From positions 184,294 through 248,293 of the forward strand of contig JBAYVA010000002.1 in assembly GCA_041674805.1 (NCBI GenBank): DNA of 64,000 bases, written 5' to 3'. A model generated the notes under the pieces. It made no database searches. It had not been told where the DNA came from and saw only the letters and a list, made by a program, of their open reading frames with translations. This document shows, in pieces, positions 39,853 to 48,525 of the stretch. The position numbers and the translations under genes are program-made. This DNA comes from Candidatus Magasanikiibacteriota bacterium (GTDB lineage Bacteria > Patescibacteriota > Patescibacteriia > Magasanikbacterales > UBA922). Within the stretch, counting starts at the first letter, position 1; every line of letters starts with the position of its first letter.

Positions 39853-40027
39853 TAAAATTAGTGTTAAAACAAAAAAGATGCTACATGCTTGTGGGCGTCT
39901 TTTTTGTTTTTAGTTATAATTGACATGAATTAAAAAATTATGTAGTATGAGTAAACTATAGAACACGAATTGAACTAATTTAACGAATAAAAACGAATTC
40001 GTTCCAATTCGTTAAATCTGTTAGATC

Positions 40028-40047
40028 CCTGCCTGCCGGCAGGCAGG
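40028..40047. repeat. Perfect 20-bp GC-rich palindrome
   Basis: CCTGCCTGCC-GGCAGGCAGG, inserted in a degenerate ACGAAT repeat array (39960-40055). Confidence 0.85.
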
Positions 40048-40078
40048 CGTGTTCCATTAAATTATTTTAAAAAATAGC

Positions 40079-40384
40079 ATGAAAGTAATAAATACTCCAG
40101 ATTTGTTAGAGTGGCAAAAACAAAATAAACAATTTAGAATTATTGATGTTCGTACTGAGTATGAATACAATGCTGGGCATATCGAAGGTTCAGAGCTTAT
40201 TTCTCTTGATGTTTTCGACAGAGTTTTTGTTGAAAAATTAGCTGACAAAGATGAAACTATAGTCTGTGTTTGTCGCAGTGGTGGACGCAGTAGTATGGCG
40301 GTAGATTTTTTGAATAATCAAGGTTATAGTAATGTTTATAATCTCATTGGTGGTTATACTATGTATAGATTGTCAGCAATGTAG
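40079..40384 (+). CDS. Rhodanese-like domain protein
   Basis: IIDVRTEYEYNAGHIEGS, CRSGGRS, NVYNLIGG. Confidence 0.9.
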   Translation: MKVINTPDLLEWQKQNKQFRIIDVRTEYEYNAGHIEGSELISLDVFDRVFVEKLADKDETIVCVCRSGGRSSMAVDFLNNQGYSNVYNLIGGYTMYRLSAM

Positions 40385-40447
40385 TCTATTTGACATCATA
40401 TTCTAAAAATAGTAGAGTTGAAGTATTAATTTAAAAATTTTTAAACT

Positions 40448-40720
40448 ATGCCTAAATTATTTTTAGCTTATCTTGGTGGTAAAATGTTACCAAATAGAAT
40501 AGGTGAAGATCATGAAGTGGTGCTGGTGGTGGCTGAAGATAAAGTCGAGGCCAAAGCCAAAGCACAAGCCAAGTGGAAGGGTGAAGGAGCCGCACATTTG
40601 GACATGTTAACTGAGGTTGATATTGTTGATAATTATGTTATAAATTTGGAGAAGACTATGAAACAAGATAAGATGATAAGTGACGATGATTGGCATGCTT
40701 TAAATGATGTAGATAAATAA
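40448..40720 (+). CDS. DUF1543-like protein
   Basis: LFLAYLGG...EDHEVVLVVAE...AKAKA..KW...HLD. Confidence 0.65.
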   Translation: MPKLFLAYLGGKMLPNRIGEDHEVVLVVAEDKVEAKAKAQAKWKGEGAAHLDMLTEVDIVDNYVINLEKTMKQDKMISDDDWHALNDVDK

Positions 40721-40721
40721 T

Positions 40722-40750
40722 TTGACAGTTTGTGACTATTATAGTAAAGT
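40722..40750 (+). promoter_or_regulatory. Promoter of the Asn leader/tRNA-Asn unit
   Basis: TTGACA(40722)-17-TAAAGT(40745). Confidence 0.65.
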
Positions 40751-40759
40751 ATTAAAGCT

Positions 40760-40810
40760 ATGACACAATTATTTAACAATAATAATTTGAATAATAATAT
40801 CAGCCAATAA
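40760..40810 (+). CDS. Asn-rich leader peptide 1 (MTQLFNNNNLNNNISQ)
   Basis: 16 codons, 7 Asn codons in two runs; directly precedes attenuator hairpins. Confidence 0.75.
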   Translation: MTQLFNNNNLNNNISQ

Positions 40811-40869
40811 GTGGGTGTCATTTTTGTAAATAGAAAATAACCCGCTTAAAGAAGCGGGATTTTTATTTT
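40811..40869 (+). promoter_or_regulatory. Transcription attenuator (antiterminator/terminator)
   Basis: GTGGGT..ATTTT pairs with AAAAT.ACCCGC; this is mutually exclusive with the terminator CCCGCTT-AAAG-AAGCGGG-ATTTTTATTTT. Confidence 0.7.
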
Positions 40870-40876
40870 AAAATAT

Positions 40877-41038
40877 TCCGAGGTAGTTTAGTGGTAGAAT
40901 CCCGATAAGGGCTCCCAGATAGTTCAGTGGTAGAACGCAGCGCTGTTAACGCTGATGTCGTAGGTTCGAATCCTACTCTGGGAGCTTTTATCGGGACTGT
41001 TAACGCTGATGTCACAGGTTCGAATCCTGTTCTCGGAG
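40877..41038 (+). pseudogene. Outer, disrupted tRNA-Asn carrying a 97-bp insertion (40900-40996)
   Basis: Acceptor TCCGAGG/TCTCGGA+G; D-arm GTTTAGTGGTAGAA; resumes CTGTTAACGCTG ATGTC ACAGG-TTCGAAT-CCTGT; 5' strand of the anticodon stem is missing. Confidence 0.85.
40913..40984 (+). tRNA. tRNA-Asn(GTT), intact inner copy, no encoded CCA
   Basis: Acceptor TCCCAGA/TCTGGGA+G; CAGCG-CTGTTAA-CGCTG; GTAGG-TTCGAAT-CCTAC; 72 nt. Confidence 0.95.
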
Positions 41039-41057
41039 CAAACTCAAAATTTTCCTA

Positions 41058-41117
41058 ATGAAACATTTATATACAAACAATAATAATCAAAATAATATTT
41101 TTAGTTATGGGATGTAG
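41058..41117 (+). CDS. Asn-rich leader peptide 2 (MKHLYTNNNNQNNIFSYGM)
   Basis: 19 codons, 6 Asn; same layout as leader 1; followed by a complementary segment and AAGCGGGTTTTTTT. Confidence 0.65.
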   Translation: MKHLYTNNNNQNNIFSYGM

Positions 41118-41180
41118 TTTATTGTTGAAATTTGTATAAATTAATAATTTCGTGATAAGCGGGTTTTTTTATTAAACAGT

Positions 41181-41777
41181 ATGGAAAATATAATAATATC
41201 AAGTTTTACAATTGGTTTTATAGCGGCTGCTTTACCTGGAGCCGTACAGACTACCATTTTGCAGAGTTCTATTATTGGTAAGGCTAAGAGTAGTCTCAAA
41301 TTTGCGTTGGGAGCCTCCACAATGGATGGTTTGTATTTGGGATTAGCTTATTTTGGTTTAGTACAAATACTCATCAGTTATCATTGGTTGAAAGTAATAA
41401 TTGGTATTTTAGGATCACTATATATTGGATATATTGGTATAGTTGGTCTGAGGGACAGTTTAAAGAACACAGATGCAAAAGAAATAAGAAATAAATCATT
41501 TTTTAGTGGTTTTGTGCTAGTTTTATTACATATACCCACATTACTATATTTTGTCAGTGTCGCCGGTACTTTTTTTAAAAACGGAGTGGATTTGTTGACG
41601 GTAATTTTGTCTTGTATAGCCTTGAGTTTTGGTGCAATGGCTTGCTTTATTTTTGTCTCTTTAATTGGAAAAATGATAAACAAATTTGGTTCTAGATGGT
41701 TGGTCAAAACATTTAATATATTGGCTTCATTAATTTTGATATTTTTTGCTTTGAAAGTTATTTGGCAATTGTTTTAG
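41181..41777 (+). CDS. LysE/RhtB family amino-acid transporter
   Basis: GFIAAALPGA, ALGASTMDGLY, LGSLYIGYIG, FFSGFVLVLLHIP; about six TMs. Confidence 0.8.
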   Translation: MENIIISSFTIGFIAAALPGAVQTTILQSSIIGKAKSSLKFALGASTMDGLYLGLAYFGLVQILISYHWLKVIIGILGSLYIGYIGIVGLRDSLKNTDAKEIRNKSFFSGFVLVLLHIPTLLYFVSVAGTFFKNGVDLLTVILSCIALSFGAMACFIFVSLIGKMINKFGSRWLVKTFNILASLILIFFALKVIWQLF

Positions 41778-41842
41778 TATATTTTAGGTATTTGTTTTTT
41801 TATGTTACCATTACAATATCTAAATTTATATTTTTTTCACCT

Positions 41843-42412
41843 ATGAAAAACGCCATAATAATTCATGGCAGACCAACCAAAGAAATTTATTATGATGCAA
41901 GTAAAACTTCATCTAGTAATTTTGCTTGGATTCCTTGGCTACAAAAACAATTGATAATAAAAGATATCAAAGCCGATACACCGGAAATGTTTTTGGCCTA
42001 CGAACCGCAATATGAGATTTGGAAAGAAGAATTTGAGAGGTACGAGGTTAACGAAGAAACAATCTTAGTCGGACATAGTGCTGGTGGGGGATTTTTGCTC
42101 AGATGGCTGTCTGAAAATAAAAAAATTTTTGTTAACAAACTTGTTTTGGTTGCGCCTTCAGTTGATCCATTTGAAAAAACGGGATTGGAATTTCATAAAT
42201 TTGCCATAGACAAAGATTTGAGTAACAGAGTCCGGAAAATGATTCTCATCATGAGCGACAAAGATTCTGACGGCATAATGGAAACGGCGAATATACTTAA
42301 GAAAACATTCCCAGATATAGTATATAAAGAATTTCCTGGCTATGGACATTTTATTCCTCAAGATATGGGAAAGAGCGAATTTCCTGAGCTACTAGAAGAA
42401 ATTTTGAGATAA
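41843..42412 (+). CDS. RBBP9/YdeN-like alpha/beta hydrolase
   Basis: IIIHG, WIPWL, VGHSAGG, LVLVAP, GHF. Confidence 0.88.
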   Translation: MKNAIIIHGRPTKEIYYDASKTSSSNFAWIPWLQKQLIIKDIKADTPEMFLAYEPQYEIWKEEFERYEVNEETILVGHSAGGGFLLRWLSENKKIFVNKLVLVAPSVDPFEKTGLEFHKFAIDKDLSNRVRKMILIMSDKDSDGIMETANILKKTFPDIVYKEFPGYGHFIPQDMGKSEFPELLEEILR

Positions 42413-42559
42413 TTTAGGTAAATATTCAAGTAAAAACAGTCCCGATTTTGTCGAGGCTGTTTTTTATAATTTTCCACTTTTTCGACTTGTTGACTTTTAT
42501 TTTTTTGTGCTATAATAATATTATACAATTTTAGTATAATTTATCTAACCACAAATCAT

Positions 42560-42994
42560 ATGTCAAAAGTCAGCACTTATATCAATTTTCCTCGCAACAC
42601 AGAGGAAGTATTCAATTTTTATAAATCAGTTTTTGGGACAGAATTTGAAGGTGAAATCAATCGTATGGGTGATATGCCTTCACAAGAAGGTCAACCTGCA
42701 ATAAGTGAAGAAGACAAAAATTTGGTAATGCATGTAGCTTTACCAATTTTGGGTGGACACGTACTTAGGGGTACTGATGCTCCAGAAAGTATGGGTTTCA
42801 CAGTAAATATGGGCAACAATATTTATATTAATTTAGAACCAGATACTCGCGAAGAAACCGAACGACTTTTTCAAGCTCTTTCTTCTGGCGGAGAAGTGGA
42901 GATGTCGTTAACAGATATGTTTTGGGGTGATTACTTTGGTTCTTGTACTGATAAGTTTGGTGTGAAATGGATGTTCAATTGTTCTCAAAAATAG
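42560..42994 (+). CDS. VOC/PhnB (glyoxalase-like) protein
   Basis: FNFYKSVFG, VMHVAL, MFWGDYFGSCTDKFGVKWM. Confidence 0.9.
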   Translation: MSKVSTYINFPRNTEEVFNFYKSVFGTEFEGEINRMGDMPSQEGQPAISEEDKNLVMHVALPILGGHVLRGTDAPESMGFTVNMGNNIYINLEPDTREETERLFQALSSGGEVEMSLTDMFWGDYFGSCTDKFGVKWMFNCSQK

Positions 42995-43036
42995 AATTAG
43001 TCTTTATACTGCAGATTGAGGAATTGGAAATTGGAT

Positions 43037-43073
43037 TCTCCCTCTCCTCGTAGGAGAGGGCTGGGGTGAGGTT
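43037..43073. repeat. Single REP-like hairpin (CCCTCTCC..GGAGAGGG..GGGGTGAGG)
   Basis: tctccctctcctcgtaggagagggctggggtgagg. Confidence 0.6.
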
Positions 43074-43127
43074 CGTTTAGAAAAAATAATTCTCTCAAAT
43101 TTTAATTCATATTTAATCAGTAATCAT

Positions 43128-43583
43128 ATGAAAAAACTATATTTTTCCATATTTATAAGTGCCTCACGCGAAAAAGTCTGGGAAACGATGCTTTCTGATT
43201 CTTCTTATCGTGAGTGGACAAAATCTTTCAATCCTGGTGGTTCATATTATAAAGGGGATTGGAGTCAAGGTTCTAAGATATTATTTTTGGGGCCAAATCC
43301 AGATGGTAGTGGTGAAGGTGGTATGGTTTCTCGCATCAAGGAAAATCGTCTTTATGAATATATTTCTATTGAACATTTGGGTATTATAAAAAATGGTGTG
43401 GAAGATACTACTAGTGAAGAAGTAAAAAAATGGACACCAGCTTTTGAGAATTATATTTTTAGAGAAAAAGATGGTGGCACAGAAATTGTCGTGGATATAG
43501 ATAGTAACGAAGAATACGCCAAAATGTTTTCTGAGATGTGGACAAAAGCTCTGCAAAGTCTAAAAGAATTGTGTGAAAAATAA
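43128..43583 (+). CDS. SRPBCC/AHSA1 domain protein
   Basis: ISASREKVWETM, YREWT, WTKALQSLKELCE. Confidence 0.88.
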   Translation: MKKLYFSIFISASREKVWETMLSDSSYREWTKSFNPGGSYYKGDWSQGSKILFLGPNPDGSGEGGMVSRIKENRLYEYISIEHLGIIKNGVEDTTSEEVKKWTPAFENYIFREKDGGTEIVVDIDSNEEYAKMFSEMWTKALQSLKELCEK

Positions 43584-43623
43584 TTTCGTATTCCTTAAAA
43601 CTTAGTGCCTAATATTTAATTTT

Positions 43624-44997
43624 ATGACTGCAGAACACAATATAAAAGATTTGACAGTGGGAAATATTCCTAAACATCTTTGGTCACTAGCTTGGCCGAT
43701 GATGCTCTCCATGTTTTTTTATACACTCTATAGCATTGTTGATACTTTTTGGGTTAGCAAATTATCCACCGAGGCTATTGCCGCTGTCAGTATCTCGCAG
43801 ATTACTCTGTTTGTGATGATTGCCCTTAGTATGGGTATTGCCGTTGGTTCAGGAGTCTTTATGGCTATGAGTATTGGTGCTAAGAATAAACCAGAAGCTG
43901 AGAGAATCTTAGGACAATCGTTTGTCCTGGCTGCTATTTCTGGTGTATTTTTTACTATCATTTCTTTGCTTTTCAAGCATCAATTATTGACTGTTTCAGG
44001 AGCTACTGGTCTTATTTATGAGCCGGCTCTGGAATATTTCACTGTTACTGCTGGAGGCTCTATTCTTTTTTTCTTTCTCATGAATGTTATGTTTGCTTTT
44101 AATTCCGAAGGTGACACTTTTACCTTGACCAAATTGTTTGCTGTTTCTACTTTGGTCAATGTGGTGCTTGATCCTATCATGATTTTTGGTAAATTTGGCA
44201 TGCCGGCTCTGGGAATTTCTGGAGCAGCTTATGCGACACTTATTTCTCAAGTCGTTTTTTTGGTTTTAGGTATTATTGTTTTGTCTGGCAAAAAAAGAAA
44301 TATTAGATTTTCTTTTCACAATTTGAGTTTCAATTTTGCGTCTGTCAAACAAATTTTGAAAATAGGTATTCCTGCTTCTCTCACCCAAGTTATTAATCCA
44401 ATTGGTCTGGCTGCTCTGATTTTTATTACTTCTCAAATTTTTTTGGAAGCTGGAGCCATTGCTTTTAGTCTGGTTTTTCGTGTAGAATTTTTTGCTTTTT
44501 TGCCAGCCGCTGGTTTTGGTTTTGCTGCTATGGCGATGATTGGTCAGAGTATGGGTGCTGGCAAACTGGAGCGCGCGCAAGCAGTTTTTAAAAAAGCTAT
44601 TGTCTTAGGATTTTTGTCAGCTTCTGGTTTTGGCGTGTTGGCAATATTATTTGGTGGTTATATCGTCGGTATTTTTACCACAGATCCTCAAGTTATGAAG
44701 TATTCTTTAATGTATTTGTGGATTGTCGGTGGTACTTATGGCTTTTTAGCGGCGGCGATGATTGAGGCTAGTGTTTTTCAAGCTATGGGACGTTCTTGGC
44801 CGGGCTTTTGGATTTTCTTTACCAAGTTCATGTTTATTTCTTTGCCTCTGGGTTATGTTTTGACTAGTGTTTTTAAATTTGATATTTGGGCTATGTGGAC
44901 TGCGATTGCCTTATCCAATGTTGTCGTTGCTGTCTTTGGTTATTTGTGGAGCCGGAGGACTGTTGAAACTAAAAAGACAATGGAAGTATTAATGTAA
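43624..44997 (+). CDS. MATE family efflux transporter
   Basis: LAWPMML, SIVDTFWV, NVVLDPIMIFG..GMPALGISGAAYAT. Confidence 0.93.
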   Translation: MTAEHNIKDLTVGNIPKHLWSLAWPMMLSMFFYTLYSIVDTFWVSKLSTEAIAAVSISQITLFVMIALSMGIAVGSGVFMAMSIGAKNKPEAERILGQSFVLAAISGVFFTIISLLFKHQLLTVSGATGLIYEPALEYFTVTAGGSILFFFLMNVMFAFNSEGDTFTLTKLFAVSTLVNVVLDPIMIFGKFGMPALGISGAAYATLISQVVFLVLGIIVLSGKKRNIRFSFHNLSFNFASVKQILKIGIPASLTQVINPIGLAALIFITSQIFLEAGAIAFSLVFRVEFFAFLPAAGFGFAAMAMIGQSMGAGKLERAQAVFKKAIVLGFLSASGFGVLAILFGGYIVGIFTTDPQVMKYSLMYLWIVGGTYGFLAAAMIEASVFQAMGRSWPGFWIFFTKFMFISLPLGYVLTSVFKFDIWAMWTAIALSNVVVAVFGYLWSRRTVETKKTMEVLM

Positions 44998-45062
44998 TTT
45001 TGTAAAGTAATTAAAAATAAAAACAGACTATTTGCATAGTCTGTTTTTTAGTATAAAAGTTA

Positions 45063-45260
45063 TTAAACTCTTTGTACGTTTGTTGCTGCTTTACCTTTTG
45101 GTGTACTTTCTACATCAAAAGTAACTTCGTCACCTTCTCTCAATTGAGAGAAACTAACACCAGACAAACTATTAGCATGGAAGAATAAATCTTCGCCTTC
45201 TGCTTGTAGAATAAAACCAAAGTTTTTTTCTACAACTAATTTTTTGATAGTACCTTGCAT
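45063..45260 (-). CDS. Cold-shock domain protein
   Basis: [26 protein letters not shown]. Confidence 0.93.
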   Translation of the reverse strand: MQGTIKKLVVEKNFGFILQAEGEDLFFHANSLSGVSFSQLREGDEVTFDVESTPKGKAATNVQRV

Positions 45261-45451
45261 ATGTATGTAAAGATATTGTGAATGAAATACCAAAAGGCAG
45301 AAATTCGACTTATCTCTACACTATTAATATGTGTGTAGCACTAAGCTACAAAAAGTAGTATAACATAGAATGGCTTTTTTGTCAAGGTAACACGAATATT
45401 AGTACTAATAGACATGAATAATAACAAATATTAATATTTGATTGGTTTTAC

Positions 45452-45480
45452 TTGACAAAGTATTACTTTTTTGCTATACT
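45452..45480 (+). promoter_or_regulatory. Promoter of DEAD-box helicase gene
   Basis: TTGACA-17-TATACT. Confidence 0.7.
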
Positions 45481-45494
45481 TGGGTATTAATTTA

Positions 45495-45622
45495 TAGGCA
45501 AGGCTAGCAATAGTCTTGCGACTCGATTTTTTTTGTGTCATTCCGTTCACAGCCAAAGGCTCGTGTTGCAAGGCGGACAAGTATGTGTGACTTTCAGAAA
45601 TTTTGGGTCACACATTTTTTTT
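45495..45622 (+). promoter_or_regulatory. Structured 5' leader ending in a terminator-like hairpin
   Basis: GCAAGGCTA-GCAA-TAGTCTTGC; AGCC-AAA-GGCT; ATGTGTGAC...GTCACACAT-TTTTTTT directly before ATG. Confidence 0.55.
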
Positions 45623-46915
45623 ATGAACAAAACACAAATCGATACTGTTCGTTTTGACGATCTTGGTATCAAAAAGAATTTTTTAGAAATTCTAAAATAT
45701 AAAGGTTTTATTACTCCAACTCCAATTCAACACCAAGTAATACCAGGTGCTCTTGAAGGTAAAGACGTGGTAGGTATAGCACAAACAGGCACAGGTAAAA
45801 CTTTGGCTTATGGTATTCCTTTGATTCAAATTTTATCTAGCCAAAAAGGTCAAGGACTTGTTTTGGTGCCTACTCGTGAGTTGGCTCAACAAGTAGCAGA
45901 TGCTTTGAATAATATTGGCAAAAATTTAGGTTTACGTTTGGCTGTTGTGATCGGTGGAGTTTCTTCACGTCCTCAAATAAGAGATTTACGTAATAGTCCA
46001 CATATTGTCATTGCAACACCAGGTCGTCTTGATGATTTGATGGAACAAAGACATTTTAGATTAAATGATGTTAAAATGCTTATTTTGGATGAAGCTGATA
46101 GAATGTTGGATGTTGGATTTTTGCCTCAAATAAAACGTATTTTTCAACAAGCTCCAAAAGATAGACAAACTATGCTTTTTTCTGCTACAATGCCACCAGT
46201 GATTGCTAGTTTGGCTAGTGCTTTTATGAGAATGCCTTTGAGAATAGAAATTGCTCCACAAGGTACTTCTGCTGAAAATGTAGAACAAGAAGTTTTCGTT
46301 GTAAGTAAACCAGATAAAATGCGTCTTTTGTTTAATCTTTTGCAAACTTACAAAAAAGATACTATTCTTATTTTTTCTCGTACCAAACATGGTGCCAAGC
46401 ATATTACTAGAGATTTGCGTGATGCTAATTATACTGCTACAGAAATTCATTCCAATCGTACACAAGCACAACGTAAAACAGCGTTAGATGGTTTTTCTAA
46501 TGGTAGATTTCGTATTTTAGTAGCTACAGATATTGCCGCTAGAGGTATTGATGTAAAACAAATTTCTGTAGTAATCAATTATGATTTACCAGACAATAGT
46601 GAAGATTATGTACATCGTATTGGTCGTACAGGACGTGCTGGCAGATCTGGAAAAGCAATTTCTTTTGTAGCTCCATCTGAAAAAGCAGATATAAGAAGAA
46701 TTGAAAAATTGATTCGTAAAAGTTTGCCAATTTTGGACTTGCCTATACAAGTTTCAGAACCTTTTGAAAGTAGGGTAAGACAAGTAAATGAAAGAATAAC
46801 AAATAATAATTTTTCTACACGTAATCGTGGTGGAAATAATTTTCACAAAAAGAATAATCGTAATTCTCGTTTTGAACGTCGTTATGGACGTACTGATGCT
46901 AGAGGCGAAAGATAA
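45623..46915 (+). CDS. DEAD-box RNA helicase (RhlE-like)
   Basis: AQTGTGKT, PTRELA, DEAD, SAT, ARGID, HRIGRTGR; ATG start at 45623. Confidence 0.95.
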   Translation: MNKTQIDTVRFDDLGIKKNFLEILKYKGFITPTPIQHQVIPGALEGKDVVGIAQTGTGKTLAYGIPLIQILSSQKGQGLVLVPTRELAQQVADALNNIGKNLGLRLAVVIGGVSSRPQIRDLRNSPHIVIATPGRLDDLMEQRHFRLNDVKMLILDEADRMLDVGFLPQIKRIFQQAPKDRQTMLFSATMPPVIASLASAFMRMPLRIEIAPQGTSAENVEQEVFVVSKPDKMRLLFNLLQTYKKDTILIFSRTKHGAKHITRDLRDANYTATEIHSNRTQAQRKTALDGFSNGRFRILVATDIAARGIDVKQISVVINYDLPDNSEDYVHRIGRTGRAGRSGKAISFVAPSEKADIRRIEKLIRKSLPILDLPIQVSEPFESRVRQVNERITNNNFSTRNRGGNNFHKKNNRNSRFERRYGRTDARGER

Positions 46916-46956
46916 AATTATATTCTATAATTTATTTTTTATATTAATTTAATTGT

Positions 46957-47151
46957 ATGTTGAGTAAAGTATTGCAAAATCTAAAAAAATTAGAGAAGAA
47001 AAAAAGTTCTGATTTAAATATAAATCTACAAGGTCTAAAAACACCTAAACCTCAAAAAACTGGTTTTCATGCTAAAGCAAAAAGTGAAGCCGGTGCACTT
47101 CGTCAAAGAAGTATGGGTAATAGAATGAGTAAACCTAGTAGATCAAAATAA
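46957..47151 (+). CDS. Small basic hypothetical protein
   Basis: 64-aa Lys/Arg-rich ORF directly after the helicase. Confidence 0.45.
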   Translation: MLSKVLQNLKKLEKKKSSDLNINLQGLKTPKPQKTGFHAKAKSEAGALRQRSMGNRMSKPSRSK

Positions 47152-47309
47152 GATCTACAAAAACAGAGTGTTTTACTCTGTTTTTTTACATTTTTCAAAT
47201 TGGTAATAAATTTGTAAAGATGATATTGAAAAATATTTATTTGTTTATTGTTGACAACAATCTTTTTTTTGTTTACAATGCAGCGAAAAATGTAGTAAAA
47301 TAATAACAT

Positions 47310-48503
47310 ATGAATAAAAAAATAAAAATAATTTTGTTAGTATTAAGCCTTTTCATAATTTTGGCTTTGTTATGGTATTTTTGGTGGATAAAAAGAGACA
47401 GTGTTGATGCTGAAAAACAAGAGGAACAAAAGCAGGAAATATTGAAAGTTATTGAAGATAGAATTGCTACACAAGTACGTGAAAATGACGATGCCGATCC
47501 TTTTGGTGAAGATGGATTAGCACGTATTCTTCTGATTGGTCTTGATAGTAGAGCTGGACAAACTTTTGGGCATTGTGATGTGATTCAAATGTTGGAAATA
47601 GATAAAAACAAAAGTAATGTACAAATTACAGCTGTACCTCGTGGTACTTATTCTTCGTTACCTCCTGGTAAAGCTGTGACTTCTACAGATTATTATGTAT
47701 CCAATGCTTGTGGTTTGGCTGGTCTTGATTATGGTATCAAACAAATTGAGAAAATATTAGGTAAAAAAGCTGATTATTTGGTGGTAGTAGGTTTTTCTGA
47801 AACTTTGGGCATTTTGCGTAGTTTTGATTTGCCTACAACAGAAACTTTGCAATGGTTACGTCAAAGACAAGGTTATCGTATTGGTGAACCTCAAAGAGCT
47901 CGTAATCATTCTACTTTTATCAAACAAATGATGACAAAATATATTCCTGAAAAAAATTCAAAGTTTGATTTGCCTTTTCATTATTTAATTTACAAAATTA
48001 TAAAGACAGATTTGAGTTTTGAAGAATCAGAAAAAATAATAGGAGTACTTAGTGAGATGGAATTGTCAAAAAATTCTGATAAAATTTCTTTGGCGATGCG
48101 ACCAAGTTATGATGTAGAAGATATACCTTATAATTCTGAAAACGTTGAGGAATACGTAAAAAAAATGATAGACCCTGTCAAAAATTATTTGAAAGGTAGT
48201 AGTTATACGGGAGTTACTTTAGAAGAAGCTGATGCTAAAGTTTTGGCTACTTATAATGAAAGAAAAACTGAAAAAGAATTTGTAAATTGGGCTTTTGAAA
48301 ATAATTTATGGATGCAAGTGGAAGATGAAGAAGCAAGAGAAACTTTGCATTTAGAAATTTTGCAAGATTATTTAAAAAGTATTTCTGAAGTAAAAAAGAA
48401 AGAAGATATTTTGACAGATTATATTTTAGAAATGAAATATCTTGGTTTAGAAGATTGGGCTAGTAAAGGGGAAAAGATTTTGGAAGAAGAAATAGTAAAA
48501 TAG
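47310..48503 (+). CDS. LCP (LytR-CpsA-Psr)-like protein
   Basis: N-terminal TM; ILLIGLDSR, CDVIQM, AVPRGT, QRARN. Confidence 0.7.
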   Translation: MNKKIKIILLVLSLFIILALLWYFWWIKRDSVDAEKQEEQKQEILKVIEDRIATQVRENDDADPFGEDGLARILLIGLDSRAGQTFGHCDVIQMLEIDKNKSNVQITAVPRGTYSSLPPGKAVTSTDYYVSNACGLAGLDYGIKQIEKILGKKADYLVVVGFSETLGILRSFDLPTTETLQWLRQRQGYRIGEPQRARNHSTFIKQMMTKYIPEKNSKFDLPFHYLIYKIIKTDLSFEESEKIIGVLSEMELSKNSDKISLAMRPSYDVEDIPYNSENVEEYVKKMIDPVKNYLKGSSYTGVTLEEADAKVLATYNERKTEKEFVNWAFENNLWMQVEDEEARETLHLEILQDYLKSISEVKKKEDILTDYILEMKYLGLEDWASKGEKILEEEIVK

Positions 48504-48525
48504 TTTTATTTTTTAATTGAATTCT

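Noticed and set aside
40900-40996. Spliceable tRNA intron
   Set aside because: It is too short for a group I/II intron and has no bulge-helix-bulge. Removing it would not restore the missing 5' anticodon strand of the outer tRNA.
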